From an uncultured Gammaproteobacteria bacterium (GTDB lineage: Bacteria; Pseudomonadota; Gammaproteobacteria; CAWCPV01), in assembly GCA_963797555.1 (NCBI GenBank), contig CAWCPV010000003.1, positions 448,001 to 512,000 on the forward strand: a stretch of DNA of 64,000 nucleotides, in the 5' to 3' direction. Shown here in pieces: positions 1 to 12,000 of the stretch (positions within the stretch are counted from its first letter, which is position 1; every line of letters starts with the position of its first letter). The notes below the pieces were generated by a model. The model was not told the DNA's origin, did not search any database, and saw only the letters and a list, made by a program, of their open reading frames with translations. The translations under genes and the position numbers were made by a program.

Positions 1-1547
1 TGGCTGAGACGCCCTGCACTAACGGCTAACATGAACGCCCGCGCCGCCGTCCGCAGGGTAAAGCTCAGATGACCTAGCGCGGCGGCACTCAGCTCCCTGA
101 GCGCGTGCCTGGCATCCGAGTCGCCAGCCGCCCGCAGCTCTGCCAAGAGATAAGGATGGCAGCGCAGGGCCCCCTGTCCGAAGACGATCATGCTGCGGGT
201 CAAGATATTCGCTCCCTCGACGGTGATGCCGATGGGCAGCGCCTCGTAGACACGGCCCAGCAGGTTGCGAGGTCCCAGGCAGATGCCGGCTCCGCCGTGC
301 ACGTCCATGGCGTCGTTGACCACCCGACGCATCAGCTCGGTGCAGTGGTACTTGACCAGCGCCGAGAGGATCGCTGGGCGCTCCCCCTCATGCAGGGCGG
401 TCAGGGTCAACCGCCGCGCACTGTCCGTCAGGTAGGTGTATCCGCCGATGCGCGCCAGGGCCTCCTGCACACCCTCGAAGCGCCCGATGGGGGAGCCGAA
501 CTGCTCGCGCACCCGCGCATAGGCCCCGGTCACGCGGCTGGCGAGCATGACGGCACCGGCACTCAATGCAGGGAGCGAAATGCCGCGGCCGGCGGCCAGA
601 GACTCCATCAGCATGCGCCAGCCCTGCCCGGCTCGCTCCGCGCCGCCGATAATCCACCCCACCGGAGCGAATACGTCGCGGCCCGTGATGGGACCGTTCT
701 GGAACGCAGAATCGAGAGGCAAATGGCGGCGTCCCGCAACGACACCCGGCGTGTGCGTGGGGATCAGCGCCACGGTTATCCCGAGATCCTCCGCGCCTCC
801 GAGCAGCCGCTCGGGGTCGAACAGGCGGAATGCCACGGCGGCCACCGTGGCCACCGGACCCAGGGTGATGTAGCGCTTCTGCCACGTGAGGCGCATGCCG
901 AGGACCTCTTGCCCATGCAACGTTCCCCGACACACGACACCATGGTCCGCAACCGCGCTGGCGTCGCTGCCCGCATCGGGTCCGGTCAAGGCGAAACACG
1001 GGATCTCCTCCCCGCGCGCGAGTCTTGGAAGATAGTGCTGGCGCTGGGCGGCTGTGCCGTAGCGCAGGAGCAGCTCGGCCGGACCCAGCGAGTTCGGGAC
1101 CATCACGGTCACGGCCGCCGTCAAGCTGCGGCTCGCGACCTTCAACACGACCGCCGAATGGGCCGCCGGGGAGAATTCGAGGCCGCCATATCGGCGGGGT
1201 ATGATGAGCCCGAAGAACCCGTTCGTCTTGAGGAACTGCCACACCTGGGACGGCAAATCCAGGTCCTCGTGAGTGATGCGCCAGTCGTCCAGTATCCCGC
1301 ACAGCTCCTGGACAGGGCCGTCCAGGAACGCCTGTTCCTCGGCGGACAGACGGGGGGCAGGCGTGGACGCTAGCCACCGCCAGTCCGGACGCCCCACAAA
1401 CAGGCTGCGTTCCCACCATACGGTTCCCGCAGATAGGGCCTCCTGCTCCGTGGACGAGAGGGTCGGCACGGCTGCGCGGACCCTGCGCAGCAGACTCATA
1501 CGCAGGCCCTCCCCGGCGTAGAGGCCGCGGCTGGGCCAGCCGTTCAC
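1..1547 (-). CDS. fadE: Acyl-CoA dehydrogenase FadE (runs off the window start)
   Basis: Manual minus-strand translation gives ...MSLLRRVRAAVPTLSSTEQEALSAGTVWWE...GITVEGANILTRSMIVFGQGALRCHPY, typical FadE motifs. The frame appears open to position 1. The GTG at 1547 overlaps the upstream stop; an alternative ATG is at 1499. Confidence 0.88.
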   Translation of the reverse strand, partial: MNGWPSRGLYAGEGLRMSLLRRVRAAVPTLSSTEQEALSAGTVWWERSLFVGRPDWRWLASTPAPRLSAEEQAFLDGPVQELCGILDDWRITHEDLDLPSQVWQFLKTNGFFGLIIPRRYGGLEFSPAAHSAVVLKVASRSLTAAVTVMVPNSLGPAELLLRYGTAAQRQHYLPRLARGEEIPCFALTGPDAGSDASAVADHGVVCRGTLHGQEVLGMRLTWQKRYITLGPVATVAAVAFRLFDPERLLGGAEDLGITVALIPTHTPGVVAGRRHLPLDSAFQNGPITGRDVFAPVGWIIGGAERAGQGWRMLMESLAAGRGISLPALSAGAVMLASRVTGAYARVREQFGSPIGRFEGVQEALARIGGYTYLTDSARRLTLTALHEGERPAILSALVKYHCTELMRRVVNDAMDVHGGAGICLGPRNLLGRVYEALPIGITVEGANILTRSMIVFGQGALRCHPYLLAELRAAGDSDARHALRELSAAALGHLSFTLRTAARAFMLAVSAGRLS

Positions 1548-2467
1548 GTGATCTCCTCGCGGCTGTCCGCCGGCACCTCGTCCGTCGCGACCGCGGCGCT
1601 CTCGAACTCAGGCTCGGCCGCCGTGGACCCAGCATCCGACCGCACCACGTAGCAGTCGCCGGGTCCGTTGCACACCAAGCCCTCGGCGTTCCAGGGTAGC
1701 TGCCGGTAAAGCGGCAGGTCCTCGATGCCGAGGAACGGATACTTGATGATGTCGAAGTAGGGTGAGCTGTCGAAGTCCTTCGGCGTGAAAAGGCGCGGGT
1801 TCCGCTTGTACAGCCGGACGCTGCCGTCGGCACTGCGCTCTATGAACGGCAGTATCGGGAAGTGTACGGCGTTGAAGGCTTCCGCCAGCATCGAACAACA
1901 TACGGTCCGGGTCGGCTCACCCAAATCGTACTCGAACAGACTGGAGCGCCAGCGGCGCGGCAGGATGCCATAGGGGAACAGGAACCGTGCCAAGTCCAGC
2001 AGGTGGCGCAGGTCGTACGCGTTCCCGAGGCGCCGCGCGGCGAAGCCAATCACGTGCTGGGCGTCCGGGCGTGACAAGCCCTTGGGCCGGCATATGCGCA
2101 AGTGGCGCTCACGGTACTTGGACAGGGGGCTGACGATGGTCCCCTCCCCGAGCAATGCCTCGATCACCAACTGCTGGTTCGGATCGCCACGGTAAAAACC
2201 CCCGACACGCGCCCGAACCGCAGGCTCATCGATATCGTGCAGGCGACCCAGGTACAGGGCGGAATGAGTCCACGGGCTCTGGGTGATGAGTTTGATGACC
2301 TCGCTCACCCGGCTGGAGCCTTCGACCAGCAGCACGTCCGCGGGACGCACCTCGTAGCAGAGGCGATCGAAGTCGTATAGCGAGGCGTTACCGGATCGCG
2401 GCTCGCGGTCCTTCACCAGCCAGTCGATAACTCCCCGTTGGAGTCTTTGGGTGAGAGTGGGACGCAT
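1544..2467 (-). CDS. YiiX/YebB-like permuted papain (NlpC/P60) family protein
   Basis: PADVLLVEG..SRVSEVIKLITQSPWTHSALY (His) and downstream VCCSMLAEAF (Cys), in permuted order. Start trimmed to ATG 2467. Confidence 0.8.
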   Translation of the reverse strand: MRPTLTQRLQRGVIDWLVKDREPRSGNASLYDFDRLCYEVRPADVLLVEGSSRVSEVIKLITQSPWTHSALYLGRLHDIDEPAVRARVGGFYRGDPNQQLVIEALLGEGTIVSPLSKYRERHLRICRPKGLSRPDAQHVIGFAARRLGNAYDLRHLLDLARFLFPYGILPRRWRSSLFEYDLGEPTRTVCCSMLAEAFNAVHFPILPFIERSADGSVRLYKRNPRLFTPKDFDSSPYFDIIKYPFLGIEDLPLYRQLPWNAEGLVCNGPGDCYVVRSDAGSTAAEPEFESAAVATDEVPADSREEIT

Positions 2468-2792
2468 CTGAGGTCGCCGCGGCGCGAGCCCGCACGCGCC
2501 ATAAAGAATGCGAATAACGCTATGTGGTTGATTAGACTCCGGAGCTTTGGACGAAGTTGCACGGGCGTGCGCTGGGGGCAAGAGCAGACGCCCTCCCGCC
2601 TTGCTTCCCATCAGCGCCCCTACGGCACCTTGGAGTACGTCAGCGGGGACGCACGCCAGGGCACCCAATGGCGCAGTTCCTCCCCTGCCCGACAGCTAGA
2701 CGAATGGGTGTCGGGCCAGCGCGATGCCCGCGCTCGAGCTCATCCGAGATGCCCTTGACAGTGCCTGCTACCCCCGGATACCCTGGCCACGC

Positions 2793-2968
2793 CTCAGGTG
2801 CTCCGCTTCGGCGGAGTGAAACGGGAAGCCGGTGCGCCCTTTCGGGCCAAGCCGGCGCTGCCCCCGCAACGGTAGGCGAGTCAAGGCGGGTCATGCGGCC
2901 ACCGTGCTACGGCACGGGAAGGCGGCCTGTCCGGTGTCGAGCCACTCGCGAGCCCGGAGACCGGCCTG
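2793..2968 (+). ncRNA. Cobalamin (B12) riboswitch
   Basis: Conserved elements GGGAAGCCGGTG...CCGGCGCTGCCCCCGCAACGGT...GCCACCG...GGGAAGGC...GAGCCCGGAGACCGGCC, directly upstream of a BtuB-like receptor. Confidence 0.92.
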
Positions 2969-3102
2969 GAGCATGTCCAGGCGTGTCGCGGAGGGCGGCA
3001 ACCGGTGAGGCTCCAGCGCCGCGCTCGAAAAGCGCGCCTCTCCGTCTGCACCGCGTCCTCCGCACACAGCCCCCGCACGGGTGTGTGCAGTGGAGGACCG
3101 GC

Positions 3103-4893
3103 ATGAGACGCCTGCCCGCGGCCGTTCTGGCCGCATCCCTGTCTGCACCGTTGGCCCATGCCAAGGAGTACCAGCTCGAGCCCGTCGTCGTTACCGCAAC
3201 GCGTCTTCCGGAACCAGCGGACGAGTCCCTGGCTTCGGTGCTGGTGATCCCCGAAGAGGAGATCCAGCGCACTCAGGCCACGGACGTGGTGGACTTGCTG
3301 CGTTTCCACGCCGGCTTGGAGGTCGGCCGCAACGGCGGACCCGGCCAGGCGACCGCGGTGTTCCTGCGGGGCGCCAACAGCAACCAGACGCTGGTGCTGG
3401 TGGACGGGGTGCGCATCAACCCGGGAACCATCGGCACCCCGGCGCTCCAGAACATCCTCCCCAACCTGGTGCAGCGCGTCGAAGTCGTGAAAGGGCCCTA
3501 CTCGACTCTGTATGGCTCGGACGCCATCGGCGGCGTCATCCAGATCATCACGCACCCCGATGAGCAAGGCACCACGGTGGGCGCGAGCGCTGAAGCCGGC
3601 TCCTTCGACACCCGCGATATCTCGGCCGCGGTCAACCGCCGGGACGGCGATACCCGGGCGGGCCTCGGTGTCGGTTATCTGGACAGCAACGGGTTTCCGA
3701 CACGGGTCGGGTCGCACGTCGACCGCGGCTTCGACAACCTGAACCTCAACGTCTATGCGGGCAAGCGACTGGGCCCCGTGGACGTGGAGCTGAGCCACTG
3801 GCGGGCGCAGGGGACGGTCCAATATCTGGATTTCCTCCTGAGCCCCCTGGACCAGGACTTCCTCAACGCCGCCACGGCCCTGACGTTCCACGCCCAACCG
3901 AGCCACGACTGGAGCAGCACTTTGCGCCTGAGCGGAATGCAGGACGATATCACGCAGAACCAGAGCAGCGACTTCGCCCGCACCGCGCAGTACACCCTCG
4001 ACTGGCAGAACGACTTGGCCTTCGGCGAGCACCACGCGGTGACCGCCGGGCTCTACGGCTCACACGAGGACACCGCCTCGCGCATCTTCGGCGCGCGCGT
4101 CGACGCAAACACTGACCAGTCCGCAGCCTTCGCCCAGGACGATATCCGCTACGGGGCGCACCGGCTGATCGCCGCCGCCCGCTACACCCACCAGGAGGGT
4201 TTCGCGAGCCCCTTCACCTGGAACCTGAGCTACGGCTACCAGGTCGGTCCGGACAGCCTGCTGTCGGCCGCGGCCGGAACCGCGTTCCGCGCGCCGGACA
4301 GCACCGACCTGTATGGCTTCGGCGGCAACCCGAACCTCCAAGCGGAGACCTCACTCAGCATCGAGGCGGGCATCCGCCACCGCATTGGGGCCGGGCAGTC
4401 GGCTTCCGTCAGGCTGTTCGACAACGACATCCGCAACCTCATCGTGTTCACGGCGAGCAGTGCATTCCCGGACGGCCGGCTGGAGAACATCGGACACGCC
4501 CGCATCCAAGGCGTGGAACTGGCCTACCAGTGGACTTCCGGGTCTTGGCAGGCCCAGCTCGCTGGGGTCCTCCAGAACCCGGAGGACCAGGGCACCGGCG
4601 AGATGCTTCCGCGGCGCGCCCGCCAGAATTTCACCGCCGCCCTGGTCTACCAACGCCCGCGCTACCAGGCCGGGGTCGACTTTCTGGCGACGGGACCGCG
4701 CAAGGATTCCAACTTCAGCGACGTCGAGGACGGCGGCTATGGGCTCGTCAGTCTCACGCTGCAGGTCCGCCTGGCGGCGCGTTGGCAACTGCAGGCCAGG
4801 CTGGAAAACGTGCTCGACAAGGATTACGCTCTGGCCGCGGGCTACAACCAATCCGGTCGCGCGTTCTACGCGGGGGTGCGCTATGACTTGTGA
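3103..4893 (+). CDS. btuB: TonB-dependent vitamin B12 receptor
   Basis: Signal peptide, TonB box EPVVVTATR, plug motifs (LRGANSNQTLVLVDG; VEVVKGPYSTLYGSDAIGGVI), C-terminal aromatic beta-strand, and a B12 riboswitch upstream. Confidence 0.9.
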   Translation: MRRLPAAVLAASLSAPLAHAKEYQLEPVVVTATRLPEPADESLASVLVIPEEEIQRTQATDVVDLLRFHAGLEVGRNGGPGQATAVFLRGANSNQTLVLVDGVRINPGTIGTPALQNILPNLVQRVEVVKGPYSTLYGSDAIGGVIQIITHPDEQGTTVGASAEAGSFDTRDISAAVNRRDGDTRAGLGVGYLDSNGFPTRVGSHVDRGFDNLNLNVYAGKRLGPVDVELSHWRAQGTVQYLDFLLSPLDQDFLNAATALTFHAQPSHDWSSTLRLSGMQDDITQNQSSDFARTAQYTLDWQNDLAFGEHHAVTAGLYGSHEDTASRIFGARVDANTDQSAAFAQDDIRYGAHRLIAAARYTHQEGFASPFTWNLSYGYQVGPDSLLSAAAGTAFRAPDSTDLYGFGGNPNLQAETSLSIEAGIRHRIGAGQSASVRLFDNDIRNLIVFTASSAFPDGRLENIGHARIQGVELAYQWTSGSWQAQLAGVLQNPEDQGTGEMLPRRARQNFTAALVYQRPRYQAGVDFLATGPRKDSNFSDVEDGGYGLVSLTLQVRLAARWQLQARLENVLDKDYALAAGYNQSGRAFYAGVRYDL

Positions 4894-4995
4894 CGGTCAG
4901 GGCTGCGCGCTCGCGGGCGCCGGCCGCGGTTCGTCCGCATGCGACCCGCCGTCTCCGTCGGGCGCGCCCCATGGATACCCCCCGACACTCGACCG

Positions 4996-5556
4996 ATGAG
5001 CTACCGCTTGACTCAGATCTATACGCGGACCGGGGACGACGGAGCCACCGGTCTGGCGGGTGGGGAGCGCATTCCGAAGGACTCCTCGCGCATCGAGGCG
5101 ATCGGCGCCGTAGACGAACTCAACAGCGCGATCGGGCTGCTGCTGACCGAAGACCTACCCGAGGGTCTCAGGTCCGACTTGGAGGAGGTTCAACACCGGC
5201 TGTTCGACTTGGGCGGAGAACTCAGCCTTCCGGGCGAGGCACTGCTCCGGGAAGCGGAGGTCGGCTATCTCGAAAAGCGGATGGATACGATGAACGGCGC
5301 GCTCGGGCCGCTCACCGATTTCATCCTCCCCGGAGGGAGCCGACCCGCGGCGCTGTGCCACCTGGCACGCGCTGTCTGCCGACGGGCCGAGCGGCGCCTG
5401 GTCACGCTGGGAAGGCAGGAAACCGTTTCGGAGACGGTCCGCATGTATCTGAACCGCCTGTCCGACTTCCTCTTCGTCGCAGCGCGCGCCATCAATCGTC
5501 ACGCGGGCGCCCGGGAGGTGCTGTGGCAGCCCGCGCGCAGAGAGGAAAGGAGCTAG
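4996..5556 (+). CDS. PduO-type cob(I)alamin adenosyltransferase
   Basis: IYTRTGDDGATGL, GAVDELNS, ARAVCRRAER and YLNRLSDFLF motifs. Confidence 0.92.
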   Translation: MSYRLTQIYTRTGDDGATGLAGGERIPKDSSRIEAIGAVDELNSAIGLLLTEDLPEGLRSDLEEVQHRLFDLGGELSLPGEALLREAEVGYLEKRMDTMNGALGPLTDFILPGGSRPAALCHLARAVCRRAERRLVTLGRQETVSETVRMYLNRLSDFLFVAARAINRHAGAREVLWQPARREERS

Positions 5557-5633
5557 ATCTGCGCTGAGGTCGAAGTGTGGCGCCGCGTCGGATGTCCGCC
5601 AAGCCGTGCGGGACGTCGGCGGCAAGGGTCCTC

Positions 5634-7130
5634 TCAGGCCCCGGCGCAGCGAATCCCCAAGCCCTGCTCGGCCAAGGCCACGGCCCGAAAGATGGCGCGG
5701 CCCTTGCTCATGGTCTCTTCCCACTCACGCCGCGGCACCGAATCGTACACGATGCCCGCGCCCGCCTGGATGTGCAGCGCTCCGTCCTTGATGACGGCCG
5801 TGCGGATGGCAATCGCCGTGTCCATGTTGCCGTTCCAGCCGAGGTAGCCGACCGCGCCGGCGTAGATGCCGCGCTTCACCGGCTCCAGCTCCTCGATGAT
5901 CTCCATCGCCCGGATCTTGGGCGCCCCGCTCACCGTCCCCGCGGGGAAAGTAGCGCGCAACACATCCACGGCGGTAAGCCCCGGTTTGAGACGGCCATTG
6001 ACGTTGGAGACGATGTGCATCACGTGCGAGTAACGCTCGATCACCATCTGCTCGGTCACGTGCACCGTGCCGGTCTGGGCGACGCGCCCCACGTCGTTGC
6101 GCCCCAAATCGATGAGCATCAGGTGCTCGGCCCGCTCCTTGGGATCGGCGAGAAGCTCCCGCTCGAGGGCCAGATCCTCGTCCTCGCTGGCGCCTCGCGG
6201 ACGCGTGCCGGCGATCGGGCGCACCGTGACCAAGCCGTCCTCGAGGTGGACCAGTATCTCGGGCGAAGAGCCGACGATGTGGAAGTCCCCGAGGTTGAGG
6301 TAAATCATGTAGGGTGACGGGTTCAGCGTACGCAGGGCGCGGTACAGATCGATGGGAGCCGCGCGAAACGGGATGGATAGGCGCTGCGACAGCACCACCT
6401 GCATGATGTCGCCGTCCACGATGTACTCGCGGGAGCGCGCCACCGCCGCCTCGAACCCCTGCTGCGTGAAGCCGGAGACGAAGTCGCTCTCGCGCACGGG
6501 GGCGGCCGCGGCTAGCCCGGTGTGGACAGGTGTCGGCTGGCAGAGACGGCTGACCAGCTCGTCCAGCCGGGCCTGGACCCGATCCCAGGCATGCGGGACC
6601 TCCGGGTTCACGTGGATCACGATGTACAGCTTGCCGCTGAGGTTGTCGAACACGACCACCTCATCGGACACCATGAGCAGGATATCCGGCGTGTCGAGGG
6701 GGTCCGGTTGGGTGGGACCGCCCAGGCGCGGCTCGATGTACCGGACCGTGTCGTAGCCGAAATAGCCCACCAGCCCGCCGGTAAAGCGCGGCAGACCTCG
6801 GATCTCCGGCGGCATCCGGTAACGGGCCTGGAATCCCACGATCCAGCCCAAGGGATCGCGAACCGTCACCCCCTCGACCTCCTCGCCATCGCGGCAGACG
6901 CGGATGTCATAGCCGCACACGGTCAGGTGAGTGCGGCTCGGCAAGCCGATGATCGAATAACGGCCCCACTTCTCGCCCCCCTGCACGGATTCGAACAAGT
7001 AGGTGTAAGGCTGGTCCGCGAGCTTCAGATAGGCGCTGAGGGGCGTATCGAGGTCGGCCAGCACCTCGCGCATCACCGGGATGCGGTTGTAGCCTTGGGA
7101 AGCCAGCGCACGGAATTGTTCAGGGGTCAC
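5634..7130 (-). CDS. trpE: Anthranilate synthase component I
   Basis: [42 protein letters not shown] and [12 protein letters not shown] motifs. Confidence 0.95.
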   Translation of the reverse strand: MTPEQFRALASQGYNRIPVMREVLADLDTPLSAYLKLADQPYTYLFESVQGGEKWGRYSIIGLPSRTHLTVCGYDIRVCRDGEEVEGVTVRDPLGWIVGFQARYRMPPEIRGLPRFTGGLVGYFGYDTVRYIEPRLGGPTQPDPLDTPDILLMVSDEVVVFDNLSGKLYIVIHVNPEVPHAWDRVQARLDELVSRLCQPTPVHTGLAAAAPVRESDFVSGFTQQGFEAAVARSREYIVDGDIMQVVLSQRLSIPFRAAPIDLYRALRTLNPSPYMIYLNLGDFHIVGSSPEILVHLEDGLVTVRPIAGTRPRGASEDEDLALERELLADPKERAEHLMLIDLGRNDVGRVAQTGTVHVTEQMVIERYSHVMHIVSNVNGRLKPGLTAVDVLRATFPAGTVSGAPKIRAMEIIEELEPVKRGIYAGAVGYLGWNGNMDTAIAIRTAVIKDGALHIQAGAGIVYDSVPRREWEETMSKGRAIFRAVALAEQGLGIRCAGA

Positions 7131-7181
7131 GGCAACTCCGGCGTCTGCCTGGTGCCGCCCCGCGCATGTCGGCCAGCGGCG

Positions 7182-7911
7182 TCACGCCGCCCGCGCCTTC
7201 AGGAGGTCCCTAAGCTCCAGCAGCGAGTCGACGACCGCATCGGGGCGCGCCTCGCGGATGTCGCGGCCGTGATTATAGCCGTAGGTGACGCAAACCACCG
7301 GGAAGCTCGCCGCCCGGGCCGCTTCCACGTCGTTCACCGAATCCCCCACGAACAGGGCCGCCTCCGGTGGGACCCCGAGGCTAGCCGCAGCGTGCAGCAA
7401 GGGAGCCGGATGGGGCTTCTTCTGGGGCACGGTGTCTCCGGACACCACGACCCGGAAGTAGTGACGGATCCCCAGCGCATCGAGCAGAGGCTCCGTGAAC
7501 TGCGCCGCCTTGTTGGTCACGCAGGCGAGCCGGAAACCACTCCCGCGGAGCCATCCCAGGATCTCCCCGCACCCCCGGGTAAAGCCGGCTGAGCCGGCAA
7601 GTGTTCTCTCGATAGCACGCCATGAACAGGGGGAGGGCGCGCTCGTACAGCTCCCGCGGCGGCTCGCCTTCCAGCCGCCCCAGCAGAGCGCGCTGCACCA
7701 GCCGCTCGACCCCGTTGCCCACCCACTGCCGCACGCGCTCCACCGGGCGTTCCGGCAGGCCGAGCTGAATCAGGGCGACGTTGACGCAGTGGGCCAGGTC
7801 CGGCACGCTGTCCACCATCGTCCCATCGACGTCGAGGAGCACCATGGCCGGCGTGAATAGCGGCCGAGGCTCCCCCGGGCCGCCCCCGACGCCCGCCTGC
7901 CGTGCTGACAC
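7182..7911 (-). CDS. gph: Phosphoglycolate phosphatase (HAD), one frameshift near 7570
   Basis: N-half LLDVDGTMVDSVPDL (ORF 7381..8448) and C-half TNK...KKPHPAPL...VGDSVNDV (ORF 7182..7520). Lies in the canonical rpe-gph-trpE order; the shift is in a G/C homopolymer. Confidence 0.88.
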
Positions 7912-7928
7912 GCGGCGAGCCCCGACCG

Positions 7929-8603
7929 CTAACGGCGGACCTGAGCGAGCTCTGCGCGCATCGCTCCGATGGTCGCCTGATAGTCGGAAGTGGAGAAGAT
8001 GGCGGAGCCGGCCACGAAGGTGTCGGCCCCCGCCTCGGCGATCTCCCGGATATTGTCCACCTTGACGCCGCCGTCGATCTCCAGACGGATCGGCAGCCCG
8101 CTCTCGTCGATCATGCGGCGCGCTTCGCGCAGCTTGGTCAAGGCGGAACGGATGAACTTCTGTCCGCCGAACCCGGGATTGACGGACATGAGCAGCACCA
8201 TGTCCACCTTGTCCATGACATACCGCAAGTGATCCAATGGAGTGGCCGGATTGAGCACCAGCCCCGATTTGCAGCCACTCTCCCGCACCAACTGGAGGGA
8301 GCGATCGATATGCTCGGTGGCCTCCGGGTGGAACGTGATATAGCTCGCCCCGGCCTCGGCAAAATCGGGAATGATCCGGTCCACCGGCTTGACCATCAGG
8401 TGCACGTCGATCGGCGCGGTGACGCCGTACTTGCGGAGTGCCTGGCATACTACCGGCCCAATCGTAAGGTTGGGGACGTAGTGATTGTCCATGACGTCAA
8501 AGTGGATGATGTCCGCCCGTGCCGCGAGGACCTCGTCCACTTCCGCTCCCAGGCGCGCGAAGTCCGCCGACAGGATCGATGGCGCAATCCAGTAGTCCTG
8601 CAT
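7929..8603 (-). CDS. rpe: Ribulose-phosphate 3-epimerase
   Basis: [34 protein letters not shown] and DGGV motifs. Confidence 0.97.
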   Translation of the reverse strand: MQDYWIAPSILSADFARLGAEVDEVLAARADIIHFDVMDNHYVPNLTIGPVVCQALRKYGVTAPIDVHLMVKPVDRIIPDFAEAGASYITFHPEATEHIDRSLQLVRESGCKSGLVLNPATPLDHLRYVMDKVDMVLLMSVNPGFGGQKFIRSALTKLREARRMIDESGLPIRLEIDGGVKVDNIREIAEAGADTFVAGSAIFSTSDYQATIGAMRAELAQVRR

Positions 8604-9064
8604 GGGTCCTCCTGTGTTTGCCGGGCACGCCTGCCAACCGGTCTGCTCGGCGGCGCAAGAGTCGTCACTTTACCCGATCGGCCCCGAAAATTCAGCCCGG
8701 CCGCAGGCTTTAGAGAGCCCTCACGGGATGTAACGATTGGCCTCTGGTGGCAGAATCCCCTCGTCCCGAAGTGTCTTTGCCGGGGCGCGCGCGTCGGCAG
8801 AGTCGATAGAAAAGCCTGTTTCTGTTCGTAACTTGCCACACCAGCAGGCGCACTGCGGTAGAATGTGGCGTGCGAGGAACCATGACGGTGGGAGGCGCCG
8901 GAGCGCTGAGCCCGCGGTGACGCGGCGGGTGCGCCCCGCTTCTCGATGTTAGACCGTTGCGGAACCGTGCCGGGCAGCGAAACAGGCAGGGGCGTGCCCC
9001 GTGAGGACATGAGGGCTGCCGCCCGTCCTGGTTTCATGGCTCCTAATCGTTCGTGGTGAAGCTT

Positions 9065-12000
9065 ATGAGCAGAGAGTCTCAACCAGGGTTCCCTTCGCGC
9101 TACGGTCTCTACGATCCGGCTTACGAGAAGGATAGTTGCGGCGTCGGATTCGTGGCCCACATCAAGGGAAGCCGCAGCCACCAGATCGTGTTGGATGCCG
9201 ATCAGGTCCTGCGCAACATGAATCACCGCGGAGCCTGTGGTTGCGAGCCGAATACCGGCGACGGCGCAGGAATCCTGACGGCCCTCCCCCACCAGTTCCT
9301 GGCCAAGGCGGCGCGGAACGACTTGCGAGCCGATCTGCCGGCGCCGGGGCAGTTCGCCGCGGGTCTGGTCTTCCTGCCCAAGGATTCCGAGGAACGCGCT
9401 CACTGCAAGCACGTGGTCGCCGAGTTCGTCGCACAGCAGGGGCAGCGGCTAGTCGGCTGGCGCAAGGTGCCTACTCAGGCCGACGTGGCGGATATCGGGC
9501 CGACGGCCCGTGCCGCCGAGCCGTTCATCGAACAGCTATTCGTGGCAGCGAGCGCGGGCCCCGACGGCCAGCCGCTCAGCGGCGATGCGTTCGAGCGCCG
9601 GCTCTATCTGATTCGCAAGCAGGCCAGCCACCGACTGCGCGGCGACGGGCGGCTGAACCAGGCCAAGGCGTTCTACGTCTGCAGCCTGTCGACCAAGGTG
9701 CTCATCTACAAGGGCATGCTGACGCCCGATCAGCTACTGCCCTACTTTCCGGACCTGGCGGACCCCGACTACACGACGCACCTGGCGATGGTCCACTCGC
9801 GCTTCTCGACCAACACTTTCCCCAGTTGGGACCGGGCGCAGCCGAACCGCTTCATGAGCCACAACGGCGAGATCAACACGCTGCGGGGCAACGTCAACTG
9901 GATGCGGGCCCGCGAGGGTGTCGCGCATAGCGACGCGTTCGGCGGCGAGCTATCCAAGCTGTTCCCCGTCGCCGAGCCCGACTGCTCCGACTCCGGCACG
10001 TTCGACAACGTGCTGGAGTTCCTGCTGATGACCGGGCGCACGCTCCAGGAAGCCGTGATGATGATGATTCCCGAGGCGTGGCAGAAACACGAGAGCATGC
10101 CCGAGAACAAGCGCGCGTTCTACGAGTATCACTCCTGCCTGATGGAGCCATGGGACGGCCCCGCCTCCATCGCCTTCACCGACGGCCAATACATCGGCGC
10201 GGTCTTGGACCGCAACGGGCTGCGCCCGAGCCGTTACTACCTGACCCATGACGACCGGGTGATCATGGCGAGCGAGGTCGGTGTGCTGCCGCTCGACCCC
10301 AGACTCATCAAGGAGAAGGGACGGCTCCAGCCGGGCCGTATGTTCCTGGTCGACTTCGCGCAGGGCCGGCTCATCCCGGACCAGGAGCTGAAGGCCGAGT
10401 TCTCGGATCGCCGGCCGTACGGCGAATGGCTGAACGCAGGCCGTATCAGGCTGCAGGACTTGCGCCCTCAGAAAGAGCCGCACGGTTTCCATCCGGAGAC
10501 GCTACTGGCGCGCATGCAGGCATTCGGCTACACGACGGAGACCATGCAGTTCATGCTGCTGCCCCTGGCTCAGGAAAAACGGGATCCGGTCGGCTCGATG
10601 GGCAACGACTCGGCGCTGGCCTGCCTGAGCGACAAACCCCGCATGCTGTGCGACTACTTCAAGCAATTGTTCGCTCAGGTCACCAACCCGGCCATCGACT
10701 CCATCCGGGAAGAGATCATCATGTCGCTGGAGTGCTACATCGGCCCCGAGCGCAACCTGCTGGAGACGACGCCCGAACACTGCCAGCGACTGTTGGTCCC
10801 GCATCCGATCCTCACCAACGAAGACCTGGCGGCGATCAAGCACGTCGATTTGCCGGGCTGGCGTACCAAGACCATCGACATCACGTTCCCGCGCGCTGCC
10901 GGCGCTGAGGGGCTAACCGAAGCCCTGGAGCGGATTTGCCGAGAGGCCGAGCAAGCGATAGCGGAAGGCTACAGCATCGTCATCCTGTCCGACCGCGGAA
11001 TCTCCGCACAGCGCGTCCCGCTGAGCAGTCTGCTCGCCTGCGGTGCCGTGCACCACCACTTGGTGCACCAAGCGAAGCGCACGCGGCTGGGCTTAGTGCT
11101 CGAGACGGGGGAAGCCCGCGAAGTCCACCATCACTGTCTCCTGATCGGCTACGGCGCCGACGCCGTCAACCCCTACCTGGCCTTCGAGGCCCTGTGGCAG
11201 GCGCGCCGCGACGACCTACTCGACTCCCAGGTGTTCCCGAACGACTCGAAGGTCGTCTGGGCCTACCGAGACGGCGTAGCCAAGGGACTGCTCAAGGTGA
11301 TGGCCAAGATGGGCATCTCCACGCTGCAGTCGTACAAGGGCGCCCAGATCTTCGAGGCCGTCGGCCTGCGCGACGAGGTCATCGAGCGCTGCTTCGTGGG
11401 TACGCCCAGCCGCGTGCAGGGAGTCGACTTCAAGGTGCTGGCAGAAGAGACGTTGCGGCGGCACGCGTTGGGCTTCCCTGATCACCCGGAGGACAGCATG
11501 CCGGCGCTGCCCAACCCCGGCGAATTCCACTGGCGCGCCGACGGCGAGCGCCACGCCTGGGACCCGCAGGCCATCGCCGACATCCAGGTCGCGGCGCGCA
11601 ACAACGACGCCGAAGCCTACTGGCGTTTCGCACGACACGCCAACGACGATGCCCGGACCCGCTATACGCTGCGCGGGCTGCTGAAGTTCAAGTCCGGCGC
11701 CGCTGGCGCCCCGCTGCCGCTGGAGGCCATCGAGCCGGCCAGCGCGATCGTGAAACGCTTCTGCACCGGCGCGATGAGCTTTGGATCGATCTCGGCCGAG
11801 GCCCACGAGACGCTCGCCATCGCCATGAACCGCATTGGCGGCAAGAGCAACACCGGCGAGGGCGGCGAGGACCCGGAACGTTTCATCCGACTGCCCAGCG
11901 GCGACTCCAGACGGTCCGCGATCAAGCAGGTGGCTTCGGGGCGGTTCGGCGTCACCATCTGGTACCTGACCAACGCCGACGAGTTGCAGATCAAGATCGC

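Noticed and set aside
105-1373. Long ORFs opposite or overlapping real genes (also 11216..12730, 13112..15103, 25374..27302, 29210..32110, 38730..40232, 51548..52765)
   Set aside because: Shadow ORFs expected in high-GC DNA. They have no motifs and overlap well-supported genes.
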